From assembly GCA_963770895.1 (NCBI GenBank), contig CAVYRF010000002.1:1024001-1088000 (forward strand): 64,000 nucleotides of DNA. Reading direction: 5' to 3'. This document shows positions 38,575 through 51,793 of the stretch, piece after piece. The position numbers and the translations under genes are program-made. Position 1 is the stretch's first letter. The number at the start of each line of letters is the position of its first letter. The DNA comes from an uncultured Acidobacteriota bacterium (GTDB lineage: Bacteria > Acidobacteriota > Thermoanaerobaculia > Multivoradales > UBA5704). Under the pieces are notes generated by a model. It saw only the letters and a program-made list of their open reading frames with translations, did no database searches and was not told the DNA's origin.

Positions 38575-38835
38575 ATGGGCATCTTCCACATCATCTGGGC
38601 CTGTATCGTGGGTTTCTTCGCCGGCTTGTGCGCCCGCGTCCTGATCGCCCATAACCACATGGGCCTGATCATGACGACGGTGCTCGGCATCGTCGGCTCG
38701 CTGGTCGGCGGCTTCATCGCCAGCCTGATTTGGAGACCCCGCAACGAACGCTTCCATCCCGCCGGCTTCCTGTTTTCGATCCTGGGCGCCGTGATCGTGC
38801 TTTGGCTCGCTCACAAGCTGGGCTGGAATTTCTAA
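38575..38835 (+). CDS. GlsB/YeaQ/YmgE (transglycosylase-associated) membrane protein
   Basis: IVGFFAGLCAR...TTVLGIVGSLVGGFI...SILGAVIVL; SD AAAGGAG. Confidence 0.88.
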   Translation: MGIFHIIWACIVGFFAGLCARVLIAHNHMGLIMTTVLGIVGSLVGGFIASLIWRPRNERFHPAGFLFSILGAVIVLWLAHKLGWNF

Positions 38836-39015
38836 GCACCGCTTCCTTCACACCCCTGGCGGCCGGCACCAGCCGCCGCCGGTCGCCAGGGCCTCCGCAG
38901 GGCAAACCTGCCACCAGTGTCCCGGCACTCGCACTGCCCAACCGCCTCGCGGCCCCTGCGCAAATGCGCTCAGATCGCAATGCGCCTGTGGATTTGGCGA
39001 CCTCGATGGCAAGGA

Positions 39016-39044
39016 TTGACATGACTGGCTACCGCCGCTAGAGT
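39016..39044 (+). promoter_or_regulatory. Sigma70-type promoter
   Basis: TTGACA-N17-TAGAGT, 22 nt upstream of ATG 39067. Confidence 0.65.
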
Positions 39045-39066
39045 CTTATGAGGTAGAGGATCAGCG

Positions 39067-41370
39067 ATGGTAAGTGCACGTCCAGCAGCGTTGATTCTTG
39101 CCCTTGCCGGCGGTTTGATGCCCTGTGTCCAGCAGGCAACCGGACACGGCGCGGCTTGGGCGCAGCCGGTCAGCAATGCCCGGCTTGTGCCAAGCCCCAT
39201 GGCCTCGCCCGCGACGACTCAACCCGCGCAGACTGCCCAGATCGTCCGACCCGGCAGCCTCGGCGTCGCCGGGCGGGTGCTGAGCAACACCACGCCGCTT
39301 GCCGCGGTCGAGGTGTACGCCTACCAGCTGGCCAGCTTCTCGCTGCGCCGCGTCGAAACGGACGGCCAGGGCAACTTCCTGTTCCGCGACCTGCCGGCGG
39401 GCCTCTACAAGATCATCGCGCACAAGCAGGGCTTCGCGCCGGTGGTCATCCTGCTCACCCGCACCGCCGCCCAGGCCTACCAGTATCTCGATCTGCAGCT
39501 GCCGCAACGGCAGGGCGGCGCGGCATCGACCGCGGCGGCCCCGGCCAAGCCTGCCAGCCCCGCCGACAACTTCTGGGCCCTGCGCTCCAGCCTGCCGCCG
39601 GACGTGCTGCGCGACGTCGAAGTGGCGGCGCTGGCCGGCCCCACCGGCCCGATCGCCGTTCCGGACACCGGCGCGGGCCCTGCGGCTGCGGCCGGCGACG
39701 GCCCCGTCCCCGATGCGCCGCAGAGCGGCGACGGCGAAATCAAGGCAGCCAGGGCGCCGCTGCCGGGCGAAGGCGGCTACGCACCGGGCGACGGGCGCTC
39801 GATTCCAGCCGGCGAAAGCCTGGCCGGCCGCTTCCGCACCGAGATCCAGGCCATGACCGGCGTGGCAGACATCGCCCAGGTGGGCGCCGGCCAGGTTTCC
39901 ACCGGCAAGGTGGGCATCCAGGGGCAGCTCGGCGACGTGAAGGTCGGCCTTTCGGGCCGCTTCTGGCTGCTCAATTCGGACGGCTCCGCCGCCGGCGGGC
40001 TGCGCGGGATGCCCGAAGCGAGCGACGGCCAGACCAGCAACGTCTCGCTCAACCTGCAGGCGGGCGCCGGCAGCAGGATCACCCTGGATTCCGTCAGCGA
40101 CCGGTTGGTGCCGCGCAGCGGCCTTGGCAGCGGCGATCCAGTCGGCCTGGATCACTACCAGGTGAGCTGGAGCCAGGCGCTGGGTGAGAGCAGCCATTCC
40201 GACTTCGCCGCCCAGTACACCGCGGCCAACAACTACAACCGCCTGGCGGTCTTCGAGCCGGCGAGCATCCCCGACGCCTCCCGCACCTGGCGGGTCGAAG
40301 GGGCGTACAGCACCAACCTCGGCGACGACAGCTCGCTGCAGACGGGTTTCCGCTACAGCGACCTGCAGGCTGAATTCTCCACGCCGGTGGCCAGCCCCGG
40401 CGGCGGCATCTCCACCTTCAGCAACCTGTCGGCGCAAAGCACCTCGACGCTGTCAGGGCTGACCGGCGCCAACGGTGTCGCGGCGATGCCGCTGGTCCCC
40501 GACTACCAGACGGTGGACCTGTTCAGCCGCGGCACGATGCGCCTGCAAAGTGCGTTCACCGTCGAATACGGCCTGTACACCATGCTCCAGGACGGCAGCC
40601 TGTCGCTCACTCCGCAAGGCGGCTTGGTCCTGCAGCTGGGCGACGGCTGGCAGGTGAAGGGTTCCGCCAGCCAGCGGGTCTACCAGGAAACGGCGGTCGC
40701 TCCCGAATACCTGCCGGTGCTCTACAAGGCAACCGATCTTTGCGAAGACGGCGGCAAGGCCTGCTACGAGATCGACCTCACCAGCCATGCCGGCGAAGAC
40801 AACTCGATCTCCTTCAGCGCGCTGGAGCGCATCGTCGGCCAGACGCTGCAGCTCTATTTCAGCGACGTGGTGTTCGATCGCTTCGAGAACCTCTACCTGG
40901 TTCCCGGCGACCGCCTGCCCGAGCTGCGCCTGATGATGACCTATCGCCTGTCGCCCCACGTCAGGACCCAGCTCGAAACCAGCGTGGCAAGCGGCGGCGG
41001 CGGCACCTTCTTCGGCGCCGACGGGCGGGCCTACCGCAACCAGGTGAGCTACGTGGTCACCTCGCTCGACACCCACGTGCTGAGCACCGCGACCGGTGTG
41101 TTCCTGGCCTTCCGCCACGTGACCCAGGATCTGAGCACGCCCGGCGGCGCCTCGACTTCCGGCGTCCTGGGCCCGGGCGCCACCACGGTCGGCTTCGACC
41201 GCGTGCAGCTGATGATCTCGCAGGACATGAACTTCCTGTGGAAGCTGGCCGCCGAATGGGCGCTCCAGGTCAACATGGAGCTGGAGCGTGACAACGCACC
41301 GTACCTGGCCAGCACCGACTCAGGGCAGATTCACCGTCGCATCCTCGGCGGCATCGCCGTCAAATTCTGA
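39067..41370 (+). CDS. Exported protein with carboxypeptidase-regulatory-like domain and probable outer-membrane beta-barrel
   Basis: Signal peptide; TDGQGNFLFRDLPAGLYKIIAHKQGF; amphipathic beta strands; C-terminal GGIAVKF. Confidence 0.65.
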   Translation: MVSARPAALILALAGGLMPCVQQATGHGAAWAQPVSNARLVPSPMASPATTQPAQTAQIVRPGSLGVAGRVLSNTTPLAAVEVYAYQLASFSLRRVETDGQGNFLFRDLPAGLYKIIAHKQGFAPVVILLTRTAAQAYQYLDLQLPQRQGGAASTAAAPAKPASPADNFWALRSSLPPDVLRDVEVAALAGPTGPIAVPDTGAGPAAAAGDGPVPDAPQSGDGEIKAARAPLPGEGGYAPGDGRSIPAGESLAGRFRTEIQAMTGVADIAQVGAGQVSTGKVGIQGQLGDVKVGLSGRFWLLNSDGSAAGGLRGMPEASDGQTSNVSLNLQAGAGSRITLDSVSDRLVPRSGLGSGDPVGLDHYQVSWSQALGESSHSDFAAQYTAANNYNRLAVFEPASIPDASRTWRVEGAYSTNLGDDSSLQTGFRYSDLQAEFSTPVASPGGGISTFSNLSAQSTSTLSGLTGANGVAAMPLVPDYQTVDLFSRGTMRLQSAFTVEYGLYTMLQDGSLSLTPQGGLVLQLGDGWQVKGSASQRVYQETAVAPEYLPVLYKATDLCEDGGKACYEIDLTSHAGEDNSISFSALERIVGQTLQLYFSDVVFDRFENLYLVPGDRLPELRLMMTYRLSPHVRTQLETSVASGGGGTFFGADGRAYRNQVSYVVTSLDTHVLSTATGVFLAFRHVTQDLSTPGGASTSGVLGPGATTVGFDRVQLMISQDMNFLWKLAAEWALQVNMELERDNAPYLASTDSGQIHRRILGGIAVKF

Positions 41371-41543
41371 TTCCTCGCCTGGCACCCCGGCCCGCCGGAC
41401 ACCGCCAGTCCCGTGGCGGTGCGTGGCGCCGGCGGCCGGCCCGCGCGGCCACTCCGGTTTCCAACCAAGCTTTTGGATTCGGTCCCGACGCAGGCTTATC
41501 GATGCCGCCTGATCGAAAGGGAATGCGCTACCCCCAACTGCTT

Positions 41544-41644
41544 GAATCCACAAAAACGGATTCACTCCGATTTTCTGGATGGAAGACGCCAAATCGGCCT
41601 CAATCCATGGATTTGAAGCCTCTTCCACTGGCACGGAAAGTGCT
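41544..41644 (+). promoter_or_regulatory. Sigma54 -24/-12 promoter with upstream inverted repeat (candidate enhancer)
   Basis: TGGCACGGAAAGTGCT at 41629-41644; GAATCC-N8-GGATTC at 41544-41563; TCC-N8-GGA at 41566-41579. Confidence 0.6.
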
Positions 41645-41679
41645 CTAACCAAAGCAAGATCTGCTCGCGCCAAGAAACG

Positions 41680-44600
41680 ATGCGGTTTCGCACCCTCCAA
41701 CTCTCGCTCTGCCTCCTGGTGGGCGTCAGCGCGGCGGTGCTGGGCGCCGTCAGCGTCCGCAGCAACATCGCCGCCTTTCAAACCGTCGGCTTCCGCGGTG
41801 ACCGTGCGGGCGGCATCGTCCGCGTCGCCCAGGTCCAGGATCCCAGCTCGGGGCTTGCCGCGGGCGATCAGATCCTGCTGATCAACGGCGTCGAAGTCGG
41901 CGCCCAGGCCCAGGCCTGGGAGCAGGCGCTGCGCCACCAGCCGGTCAGCGACCTGGCCGTGCTGCGCGGCGCCCAGGTGCTGCGCGTCACCTACCGGCGC
42001 CCGCCGTTTGCCCCCAACCTGCCGTACCTGATCCGGGTGTTGATCGGCAGCGTCTACATGCTGATCGGCCTCTACACCCTGATCCGGCAGCAGGGACATG
42101 ACAGCTTCCTGTTCTGCCTCTGGTGCCTCACCTCGGCCCTGCTCTACCTGCTGTCGCCGGTGCCGCCGGCGGACACCGAGTATCGCCTGCTGTATGCCGG
42201 CAACCAGCTGGCGCGCTGCCTGCTGCCGGCGCTCACCCTGCACCTGTTCCGGATCTTCCCGTCGCCGGCGCCGGCAAGCGCCGCCGAAGGACGCGCGGAC
42301 AGACCCGCCGCCGGCGACGCCGCGGCGCCGGCGAACGCGGCGGCCGGAGCCCCCTGGGCGGCCGGGGCGACCGCAGCCACCAGAGCCGGAGCGCCCTGGG
42401 TCGCCTTCCTGTACCTGCCGGGCGCGGCGCTGCTGGCGCTGCACCTCGACCTGATGTTCGCCAACGGCCGCCTGCTGACCGGCCGCCCCACCGCCGCGCT
42501 GCTGGCGTCCCTGGACCGCCTCGACCTGCTGCACCTGATCTCCTTCAGCCTGGCGGCGGTCTTCGTGCTGGCGATCCGCCTGCTGCGCGAGACAGGGTGG
42601 GAGCGGCGCCGCCAGCTGCACTGGATGATCCTCGGCCTGGCGGGCGGCTACCTGCCGTTCCTGGGTCTGTACGCCGTGCCGTTCGGCCTGGGGTTGCGAG
42701 TGCCCCAGCTGCTGGCCGCCGCCGCCGTGCTGCCGCTGGCGGTGGTGCCGCTCACCTTCGCCTATGCCATCCTGCGCTACAAGCTCTGGGACATCGAAGT
42801 CATCGCGCGCGACGTGGCGGCCTGGACGCTCACCCTGCTGCTGGGCGTGCTCGGCTTCTCGCTGGTCAACCTGGCGATCAGCCGCGGCGTGGCGGCCGAC
42901 AACGCCCTGGGCCGCAACCTGCTCTCGTTCGCCGCCGGCATCGGCCTGGCGGGGCTGCTGGTGCCGACCCGCCAGAGCCTGTCCGCCGCCCTGGAGCGGC
43001 TGCAGTACCGCGGCACGTTCGGCAGGCGCCGCGCCCTGCTCGGCCTGGGCCGCGACCTGCTGCACGAGCGCGACCTGGGCCGCCTGTGCGGCGCGCTGCT
43101 GGATCGCCTCTCCGCCGGTCTCGACCTTGACCGGCTGGCCATCTACCTGGCGCAGGGCGACGCGCTGGTGGTGATCGACGCCATCTCGCCCCCCGATGCC
43201 GCGGAGCTGGCGCAGGCCATGCCCTTCGAGCACGAGCCGTCGCGGGGCGACGCCCACGACCCGGCCGCCGGCAGCTCGCAGGACCATGCAGTGGCGGCGC
43301 TCCAGCACCTGGGCGGTCGCGACCGCGGCCACCGCCCCCGCGCCAGGCGCTCGGCAGGGCGCCGCTCGTGGGCCGCCGCGGCGCCGCCCGTGGTGGCGGC
43401 GCAGGCGCTGGATCCCGCGGTATGGCGCGACAGCGAGGTGTACCGCCTGGCGGGCACGGAGCTGCCCGCCGGCGCCCCATCGCCGGCACAGCAGCTGTTC
43501 ATCGCCGGATACCGCTACGTCTTCCCGCTGCTGGTGCGCGGCCGCGGCATCGGGCTGGTGCTGACCGGCAGCAAGCGCCAGCAGGAGCCGCTCAACAGCG
43601 ACGACCTCGACATCGTGCGCCACCTGCTCGACCAGGCGGCGCTGGCGATCGAAAACGCCCAGCTGGTCGGCCAGCTGCACCACCAGTTGCAAGAGGTGCA
43701 GCGGCTGCAGAGCTACAGCGACGGCATCTTCGAGTCGTCCCCTGCCGGCATCGCCGTGCTCGACACCGGCGGCCGCCTGGTGACGGTGAACCCGGCCTTC
43801 TCCACCCTGGTCGCGATCGGGCGTGACCAGCTGATCGGCCGCACCCTGCAGTCGGTGCTGCCGGTCACGGCGCTCCCGGCGGCAGGCGAGGGGCCCATCG
43901 AAGTCAGCTGCCCGAGCCTGGGCGGCGAGGTCTGCGGCGCGCCGCGGCGCGATCTTGCCGATCTTGCCGATCGCCTGGCGGATGAGCCCGATCCCGCCGC
44001 CGCGCCGGGCGAGCGCCGCCTGCAGATGTCGCTCGCCGGCCTGGCTCCCGGCCACAGCCCGGACCGCGAGCCGCTGCGCATCCTGGTGGTCTACGACGTC
44101 TCCGAGCGCGTGGCGATGGAGGCGGCGCTCAAAGAGAAGGACCGCCTGGCCGCCTTGGGCATGCTGGCCGCCGGCGTGGCGCACGAGGTGAACACTCCCA
44201 TCACCGGCATCTCCAGCTACGCCCAGCTGCTGCTGGCCGATACCGCCGAAAGCGACCCGCGCTATCCGATCCTCAAGAAGGTCGAGCGCCAGACCTTCCG
44301 CGCCGCGCGCATCCTCAACAATCTGCTCGAGTTCGCTCGCGAGCGCCCGCGCGAGCGGCGGGCGGTCGCTCTGCTGCCGCTGCTGCGCGAATCGATCGAG
44401 CTTCTGGGCGAGCGCCTGGATCGCAGCGGCATCGACCTTGCCTGGGAGGTGCCGCCCGCAGGCGACGCCATCCAGGTGCTGGGCAGCGAAGACGAGCTGC
44501 AGCAGGTCTTCACCAACCTGCTCGCCAACGCGCTGGATGCCATGTCCAACCAGCCGCGCGGCCGCCTCGGCATCGGCATGGTCGCTGAGGACGCGCGCGT

Positions 44601-44828
44601 CGTCGTGCGCATCCAGGACACCGGCAGCGGCATCGCGCCGGAGCAGCTGAAGACGGTGTTCCAACCGTTCTATTCCACCAAGCTCCACCGCGGCGGCACC
44701 GGCCTGGGGCTCACCATCAGCCACGACATCGTGCAGCGCCACGGCGGTACACTTGCGGTCGAAAGCCAGCCAGGAGCCGGCACCTGTTTTGCCGTCGGGC
44801 TGCCACGCTACCGGGCGGCTGCATCTCA

Positions 44829-44832
<4 letters not shown>
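41680..44832 (+). CDS. Multi-TM sensor histidine kinase (PDZ-like, TM bundle, GAF, PAS, HisKA, HATPase)
   Basis: GDQILLING; AGVAHEVNTP (H box); QVFTNLLANA, DTGSGI, FYSTK, GTGLGL. Confidence 0.9.
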
Positions 44833-46211
<1,379 letters not shown>

Positions 46212-46296
46212 GCGCGCCCGCGCCCGCCCGGGCGGCGCTCCTGCCCCGGATCGCTCACCGACCTTTGTCTACCTTGCCATGTGGGAGAGGGTTGTC

Positions 46297-48957
46297 ATGC
46301 GTCGCAAGCTCAAGCTCACGCAGCTTTTGATCTGGACGACGGTCGCCGCGGCGCTCGCCGCCGCGGGCGCCACGGCAAGTCAGGTGCCGGCAGGTCTGCT
46401 GGCGCCGCTGTCCAACGGCGAGGTCCTGGACCTGCCGGCGATCGACGACCGCGTGCCGCGGCCCGACCAGTTCCTGGGCTATCCGATCGGCAGCCGCTTC
46501 ACCCATTGGGAGCGCATCAGCGCCTATTTCGACGCGCTGGCCGCCGCCTCGCCGCGGGTCAAGGTATGGGAGTACGGCCGCACCTACGAAGGGCGGCCGC
46601 TCAAGCTGGCGGCCATCGGCAGCCCCGAAAACCTGGCGCGGCTTGACGACATCCGCCGCCAGCGGCAGCGCCTCGCCGAACCGCAGGGGCTTGCCGGCGG
46701 CGAGCGCAGCCATCTCGCGGAGCATCTGCCGGCGGTGGTATGGCTGGCCTACGGGGTGCACGGCGACGAAGCCTCGTCGTCCGAAGCGGCGATGGTCGCC
46801 GCCTGGGCCCTTGCCGCCGGCCAGGGGGAAGCGGCGGACATGCTCGCCGGCACCATCGTCCTGATCGATCCGCTGTGCAACCCCGACGGCCGCGAGCGCT
46901 ACGTCCACGGCTTCGAGCAGCGCGAAGGAGCCGTCCCCAATCCGCGCCGCGACGCCGCCGAGCACTTCCAGCCCTGGCCCGGCGGCCGCCCCAACCACTA
47001 CCTGATCGACCTCAATCGCGACTGGGCCTGGGCGACGCAGCAGGAGACCCGCAGCCGCATCGCCGCCTACCGCGCCTGGGAACCGCAGGTCTACGTCGAT
47101 TTTCACGAGATGGCGACCGACGCCAGCTACTTCTTCCCGCCCCCCGCCGAGCCGGTGCACCCGCTCATCGATCGCCGGGTGCTGGCGTGGCTGGACGTCT
47201 TCGGGCGCGCCAACGCCGCGGCCTTCGACCGCCAGGGGTGGGTCTACTACAAGCAGGAGGAATACGACCTCTTCTATCCCGGCTACGGCGATTCCTATCC
47301 CAGCCTGCACGGCGCCGTCGGCATGACCTACGAGATGGCCGGCGGCGGCCGCGGCGGCCTGGCGGTCGACCGCCAGGACGGCACCGAGCTGACGCTCGCC
47401 GATCGCGTCGCGCGCCACCTGACCACCTCGCTCGCCACGGTCAGGACCGCCAGCCGCAACGCCCGCAAGCTGATGCAGGACTTCGTGGCCACGCGGGTGC
47501 AGGCGGAGGAGGGGCCGGGCCAGGTCTACCTGTGGCTCGCCAATCAGCCCGAGGCGCGAGCGCTGGCCGACCTGCTGGCGCTGCACGGGGTGCGCGTCGG
47601 CGAGCTGGCGCAGTCCACCGAGCTGGCCGTCCAGCCGGTCTTCGGACCCCACGCCGCCGGGCAGCGGCGCTTCCCGGCCGGCACCTTCGCGGTGTCCACC
47701 GCGCAGCCGCTGGGCGCCCTGGTACAGGCCCTGCTGGCGCGCGAGGCGCCGATGTCGGACACCTTCCTGGCGCGCCAGCGCCAGCGCTTCGAGCAGAACC
47801 GCGACACCGAGTTCTACGACATCACCGCCTGGGCGCTGCCGCTCGCCTACAACGTGCAGGTGTGGAGCGCCGGCGGCGACGCGCTGCCGCCGACCCGGCC
47901 GCCGGGTGACGCGACCGCAGCCAGCATCGCCGGCAGCGGCGAGCTGGGCTGGCTGGTGCCGCCGCAAGGCCTGGCCTCCTACCGCCTGGCCGCCGAGCTG
48001 CAGCAGCGCCACATCCACCACCGGCTGGCGCTCTACCCGCTGGCGGACGGCGGCGAGGAGTATCCGGCAGGCACGCTCTTCATCCCGCGCGGCGGCAACC
48101 CGGCCGACACCGCCGACAGGCTGGGCGGACTGCTGGCCGCAAGCGGCGCCGGCGCCCGCGCCATCGCGTCGTCGTTCCAGGTGAGCGGCCTGTCGCTCGG
48201 GTCGAACGGCATGCCGTCGGTGCGGCCCGCTCGCGTCGGCGTGCTCTCCGGGCCGGGAGTGGATTCCACCTCCTTCGGCTTTGTCTGGTTCCTGCTGGAC
48301 CGCGAAGTGGGCCTGCCCTGCGACCGCCTGGACGTCGACCACCTGCGGCCGGCGGCGCTGGCCGACCTGGACGTCCTGGTGCTGCCCGACGGGGCGTACG
48401 AAGAGCACCTGGGCGAGCGGGCGCGCGGCGCGCTCGACGCCTGGATCAAGGCCGGCGGCGAGCTGGTCGCCATCGGCGGCCAGACCGAGCGCTGGCTGCA
48501 CGATCACGACATGGTGTCGTTCAAGCCGTGGAAGGCGCCGGCCGCGGACGAAGAGAGCGAAGGCAGCCACGACAAGGCGCTGGGCGAGCGCGACATCAAC
48601 ACCCCCGGCGCCGTGCTCGCCACCCGCCTGGCCGCCCTGCACCCGCTGGCCGCCGGCGTCCCCTCGGCGCCGCCGATGCTGGTCAAGGGCGCCGCCGTCG
48701 TCCTCGCCTCGGGCGACCCGCGCCGCGACGTGCTGGTCGTCTCGCCACAGGAACCGGTCCTGGCCGGCTTTGCCTGGCCCGAAGCCAGGCAGCGCCTGGC
48801 CGGGTCGCTGCTGGTCGGCGTCGAGCAACGCGGCAGCGGCAGCGTCGTGCTGTTCCTGCAGGAGCCGGCGTTTCGCATGTTCTGGCGCGGCACCATGCCG
48901 CTGCTGCTCAACGCCGTGATGTACGGACCGTCGATCAGCTGGAGCGGCAGAAACTGA
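46297..48957 (+). CDS. Secreted M14 zinc carboxypeptidase
   Basis: Signal peptide; GVHGDE, NPDG, DLNRDW, DFHEM. Confidence 0.87.
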   Translation: MRRKLKLTQLLIWTTVAAALAAAGATASQVPAGLLAPLSNGEVLDLPAIDDRVPRPDQFLGYPIGSRFTHWERISAYFDALAAASPRVKVWEYGRTYEGRPLKLAAIGSPENLARLDDIRRQRQRLAEPQGLAGGERSHLAEHLPAVVWLAYGVHGDEASSSEAAMVAAWALAAGQGEAADMLAGTIVLIDPLCNPDGRERYVHGFEQREGAVPNPRRDAAEHFQPWPGGRPNHYLIDLNRDWAWATQQETRSRIAAYRAWEPQVYVDFHEMATDASYFFPPPAEPVHPLIDRRVLAWLDVFGRANAAAFDRQGWVYYKQEEYDLFYPGYGDSYPSLHGAVGMTYEMAGGGRGGLAVDRQDGTELTLADRVARHLTTSLATVRTASRNARKLMQDFVATRVQAEEGPGQVYLWLANQPEARALADLLALHGVRVGELAQSTELAVQPVFGPHAAGQRRFPAGTFAVSTAQPLGALVQALLAREAPMSDTFLARQRQRFEQNRDTEFYDITAWALPLAYNVQVWSAGGDALPPTRPPGDATAASIAGSGELGWLVPPQGLASYRLAAELQQRHIHHRLALYPLADGGEEYPAGTLFIPRGGNPADTADRLGGLLAASGAGARAIASSFQVSGLSLGSNGMPSVRPARVGVLSGPGVDSTSFGFVWFLLDREVGLPCDRLDVDHLRPAALADLDVLVLPDGAYEEHLGERARGALDAWIKAGGELVAIGGQTERWLHDHDMVSFKPWKAPAADEESEGSHDKALGERDINTPGAVLATRLAALHPLAAGVPSAPPMLVKGAAVVLASGDPRRDVLVVSPQEPVLAGFAWPEARQRLAGSLLVGVEQRGSGSVVLFLQEPAFRMFWRGTMPLLLNAVMYGPSISWSGRN

Positions 48958-48985
48958 GGAGACGCACCGCCCCGAGCGCCGGCGA

Positions 48986-50077
48986 TCAGCCGGCGCGGCG
49001 CTCGGCCAGCGCCAGCAGACGCAGGAAGTTTTCGCCCAGGATGAGGCGCACGCCGCCGCGGTCGACGCCGCGGGCCAGAAGCTCCGCGGTCAGGTCGGGA
49101 AAGCGCGCCACGTCGGCAAACCCGTCCAGGGTTTCGGGAATGCCGTCGAAGTCGGTGCCGATGCCGACGTGCTCCTCGCCGGCGCGGTCCACCAGGTGGA
49201 TCACGTGGTCGACAAACGCGGCGAGCGGCACGCGCGGCAGCGGATGGTCGGCGAACAGCCGGTTGCGCTCGCGCTGGCAGGACTGCGGATCGCTCTGGTA
49301 CGCCTCCTCGATCTCCGCCAGCGGCGGTCCCAGCTCGCGCATGCGCTCCGCATCGGCCAGCGCCGCCGCCGGCGCGACGAAGCCGGGGTAGGTGTTGGCC
49401 ATCACCAGACCGTCGCGGCGGGCGATCTCGCGGATGAGCTCGTCCGGCAGGTTGCGCGGGTGGTCGCACAGCGCGCGGGCCGAGCTGTGGCTGGCCAGCG
49501 GCGGCGTCGGCGCCACCTCCAGCACGTGGCGCACCGCGTCGTCCGACACGTGCGACACGTCCGCCAGAATGCCGCGGCGGTTCATCTCGCGCACCAGCCG
49601 CACGCCCTCCGCCGACAGTCCGCCGTGGGCAGCCTGGTCGGTCGAAGCGTCGCACCATTCGTGCGTCTTGAAGTGGGTCAGGGTGACGTAGCGGGCACCC
49701 ATCGCGGCGATGCCGTCCAAGGCCCCCGCGACCGACAGCGGGCGGCCGTTTTCGAGCCCGAGGAGAACCGCCACGGCGCCGCGCCCGGCCGTCCGCCGCA
49801 GCTCCTCGACGCTGCGTACCAGGGTCATCTGGCCGTCGGGCAGCGCGGCGCGGGTCAGCCGTTCCAGCGTCTGGACGTGCTCCCAGCCGGCCGCCGGATC
49901 GAGCCCCGCCGGCACGTAGAGCGCCGCCACCAACGCGTCCACGCCGCCCTCGCGCAGGCGCGGCAGGTCGATGTGCCGATCGGTCAGGCGCTGGCTCAGG
50001 TCGGCAGGCGCCTCCCACAACCGGGTGGGCAGATCGGTGTGCCCGTCGAGCACCAGGCAATCTTCGTGGAATCCCAT
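48986..50077 (-). CDS. M19 (membrane/renal-type) dipeptidase
   Basis: [35 protein letters not shown]. Confidence 0.9.
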   Translation of the reverse strand: MGFHEDCLVLDGHTDLPTRLWEAPADLSQRLTDRHIDLPRLREGGVDALVAALYVPAGLDPAAGWEHVQTLERLTRAALPDGQMTLVRSVEELRRTAGRGAVAVLLGLENGRPLSVAGALDGIAAMGARYVTLTHFKTHEWCDASTDQAAHGGLSAEGVRLVREMNRRGILADVSHVSDDAVRHVLEVAPTPPLASHSSARALCDHPRNLPDELIREIARRDGLVMANTYPGFVAPAAALADAERMRELGPPLAEIEEAYQSDPQSCQRERNRLFADHPLPRVPLAAFVDHVIHLVDRAGEEHVGIGTDFDGIPETLDGFADVARFPDLTAELLARGVDRGGVRLILGENFLRLLALAERRAG

Positions 50078-50225
50078 GGGTCCGGATCATAGCCGCAGGC
50101 AGGCAGGCGGCGCCCGGCGGGCAGGGGGCAGGGGCAGGGGGGATGGAACAGGGGGAGGGAATTTCGCTGCCGCCCACAGGCTTATGGTGCGGTGGCAGCG
50201 CCCGGAGAGGGCCCGCAACCGGGGG

Positions 50226-50254
50226 TTGCCTCGGAAGCCGGCGTCCAGTAGACT
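50226..50254 (+). promoter_or_regulatory. Sigma70-type promoter of the rpmE operon
   Basis: TTGCCT-N17-TAGACT. Confidence 0.5.
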
Positions 50255-50321
50255 GCCGCGTTCCCGGGTTCGGCGTGCCACGCCCCTCTGCCGGGCTCGC
50301 GAGCAAGAAAGAGAGCCAATC

Positions 50322-50531
50322 GTGAAGAAAGACATCCATCCTCATCTCAACCTGGTGACCGTGGTCTGCGCGTGCGGCAACACCTTCGAGACGCATTCGA
50401 CCAAGGACGAACTGCGGCTTGAGATCTGCAGCGCCTGCCACCCCTTCTTCACCGGCAAGCAGAAGCTGGTGGACTCGGCCGGCCGCGTCGAGCGCTTCCA
50501 GCGCCGCTACGGCAAGTCCGCCTCCGCCTGA
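50322..50531 (+). CDS. rpmE: 50S ribosomal protein L31 (zinc-binding type)
   Basis: KKDIHP...CACGNTF...[15 protein letters not shown]...GRVERF. Confidence 0.97.
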   Translation: MKKDIHPHLNLVTVVCACGNTFETHSTKDELRLEICSACHPFFTGKQKLVDSAGRVERFQRRYGKSASA

Positions 50532-50632
50532 CCGATCGGCACCCGGCGCCGGCGCCCGTCGCGGCGCGCGCGCCGGGGCCGTCGCACACAACGCGGCCGG
50601 CGCTGCGGCGCGGCCCGCCCCGAGGTTCTCCA

Positions 50633-51793
50633 ATGTCCAGTCCCGCAACCTCCACTCCGGACAGCGAGCTACTGGTCGGCGGCCAGGCCCTGATCGAAGG
50701 CGTCATGATGCGCTCGCCGGGTGCCTACGGCATCGCCGTGCGCCGGCCCGACGGTTCGATCGTGCTGCGACGCGCCAAGGTCGACTCGCTCGCCCGGCGC
50801 TATCCGTTCCTCAAGCTGCCGTTGCTGCGCGGCATCGCCGTCCTCTTCCAGTCGCTCGCCATCGGCATCCGCGCCCTCAACTTCTCGGCGGAGCAGGCGA
50901 TCGCCGCGGCCGAAGCGGACGCCTCTCCAGATAGCTCGGCGACGCCGTCGCAGCCGGCCGTAGCATCCACGGCGCCGGCGCCCGACGCCACCGCGGCCGT
51001 GGCCGTGGCCGCGGCCGGGGCGGCTGGATCCGCCGCCGACAAGCCGGCGGGCAAAGCGGCCCCAAAGGACGCCTCGGGCTGGGCCATCGCCGGGTCCATG
51101 GCGGTCGGCGTGGGGCTGGGGGCGGTGGTATTTCTGCTGCTGCCGCTGTGGCTCACCCAGCTGTCGGAGCGGCACCTGTTCGGACCGCTTTCCAGCCTGA
51201 GCTTCAACCTGGTGGACGGCGGCTTGCGGGCGGTGTTCTTCCTGGGCTACCTGTTCGCCATCTCACGGTTCCGCGACATCCACCGGGTGTTCATGTACCA
51301 CGGCGCCGAACACAAGGTGGTCTTCAACTACGAAAAGCGCCTGCCGCTCACGGTCGCCAACTCGCGGGCGCAGAGCCGGCTGCACCCGCGGTGCGGCACC
51401 AGCTTCCTGCTGTTCGTGCTGCTGGTGTCGATCCTGGTCTTCGCCCTGATTCCCAAGACGGCGCCGTTCCTGGTCAAGTTCGGTGGCCGCTTGCTGCTGG
51501 TGCCGGCGATCGCCGGGCTGTCCTACGAAGTGCTGCGGCTGACCGCCCGCCGCCGCGCCGCGCCACTGTTCGCGGCGATGGTGTTCCCCGGCCTCATGCT
51601 GCAGAAGATCACCACCCAGGAGCCCACCGACGACATGCTGGAAGTCGCGATCGCGGCGCTGGAGGAAGCCCTGCGCGAAGACGGCCTGCTGCCTGAAGCG
51701 GCGCCGGCCACCGCGGCGGCGCTGCGCGAACCGGTGGTCGCGGCGGCGGCGCTGTCGGCCGCGGTCGGCAGCATGGGGGGCGCCGGGCGATGA
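50633..51793 (+). CDS. DUF1385-family membrane protein
   Basis: [37 protein letters not shown]; usual position between rpmE and prfA. Confidence 0.88.
   Translation: MSSPATSTPDSELLVGGQALIEGVMMRSPGAYGIAVRRPDGSIVLRRAKVDSLARRYPFLKLPLLRGIAVLFQSLAIGIRALNFSAEQAIAAAEADASPDSSATPSQPAVASTAPAPDATAAVAVAAAGAAGSAADKPAGKAAPKDASGWAIAGSMAVGVGLGAVVFLLLPLWLTQLSERHLFGPLSSLSFNLVDGGLRAVFFLGYLFAISRFRDIHRVFMYHGAEHKVVFNYEKRLPLTVANSRAQSRLHPRCGTSFLLFVLLVSILVFALIPKTAPFLVKFGGRLLLVPAIAGLSYEVLRLTARRRAAPLFAAMVFPGLMLQKITTQEPTDDMLEVAIAALEEALREDGLLPEAAPATAAALREPVVAAAALSAAVGSMGGAGR

Noticed and set aside
43300-43372. Arg-rich stretch GGRDRGHRPRARRSAGRRSW in the kinase GAF region, suggesting compensating frameshifts
   Set aside because: The frame stays open and similar low-complexity inserts are common here; it cannot be distinguished without orthologues or reads.
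50118-50160. G-run cluster (possible G-quadruplex) between the dipeptidase and rpmE
   Set aside because: G-runs are frequent at this GC content and there is no supporting evidence.
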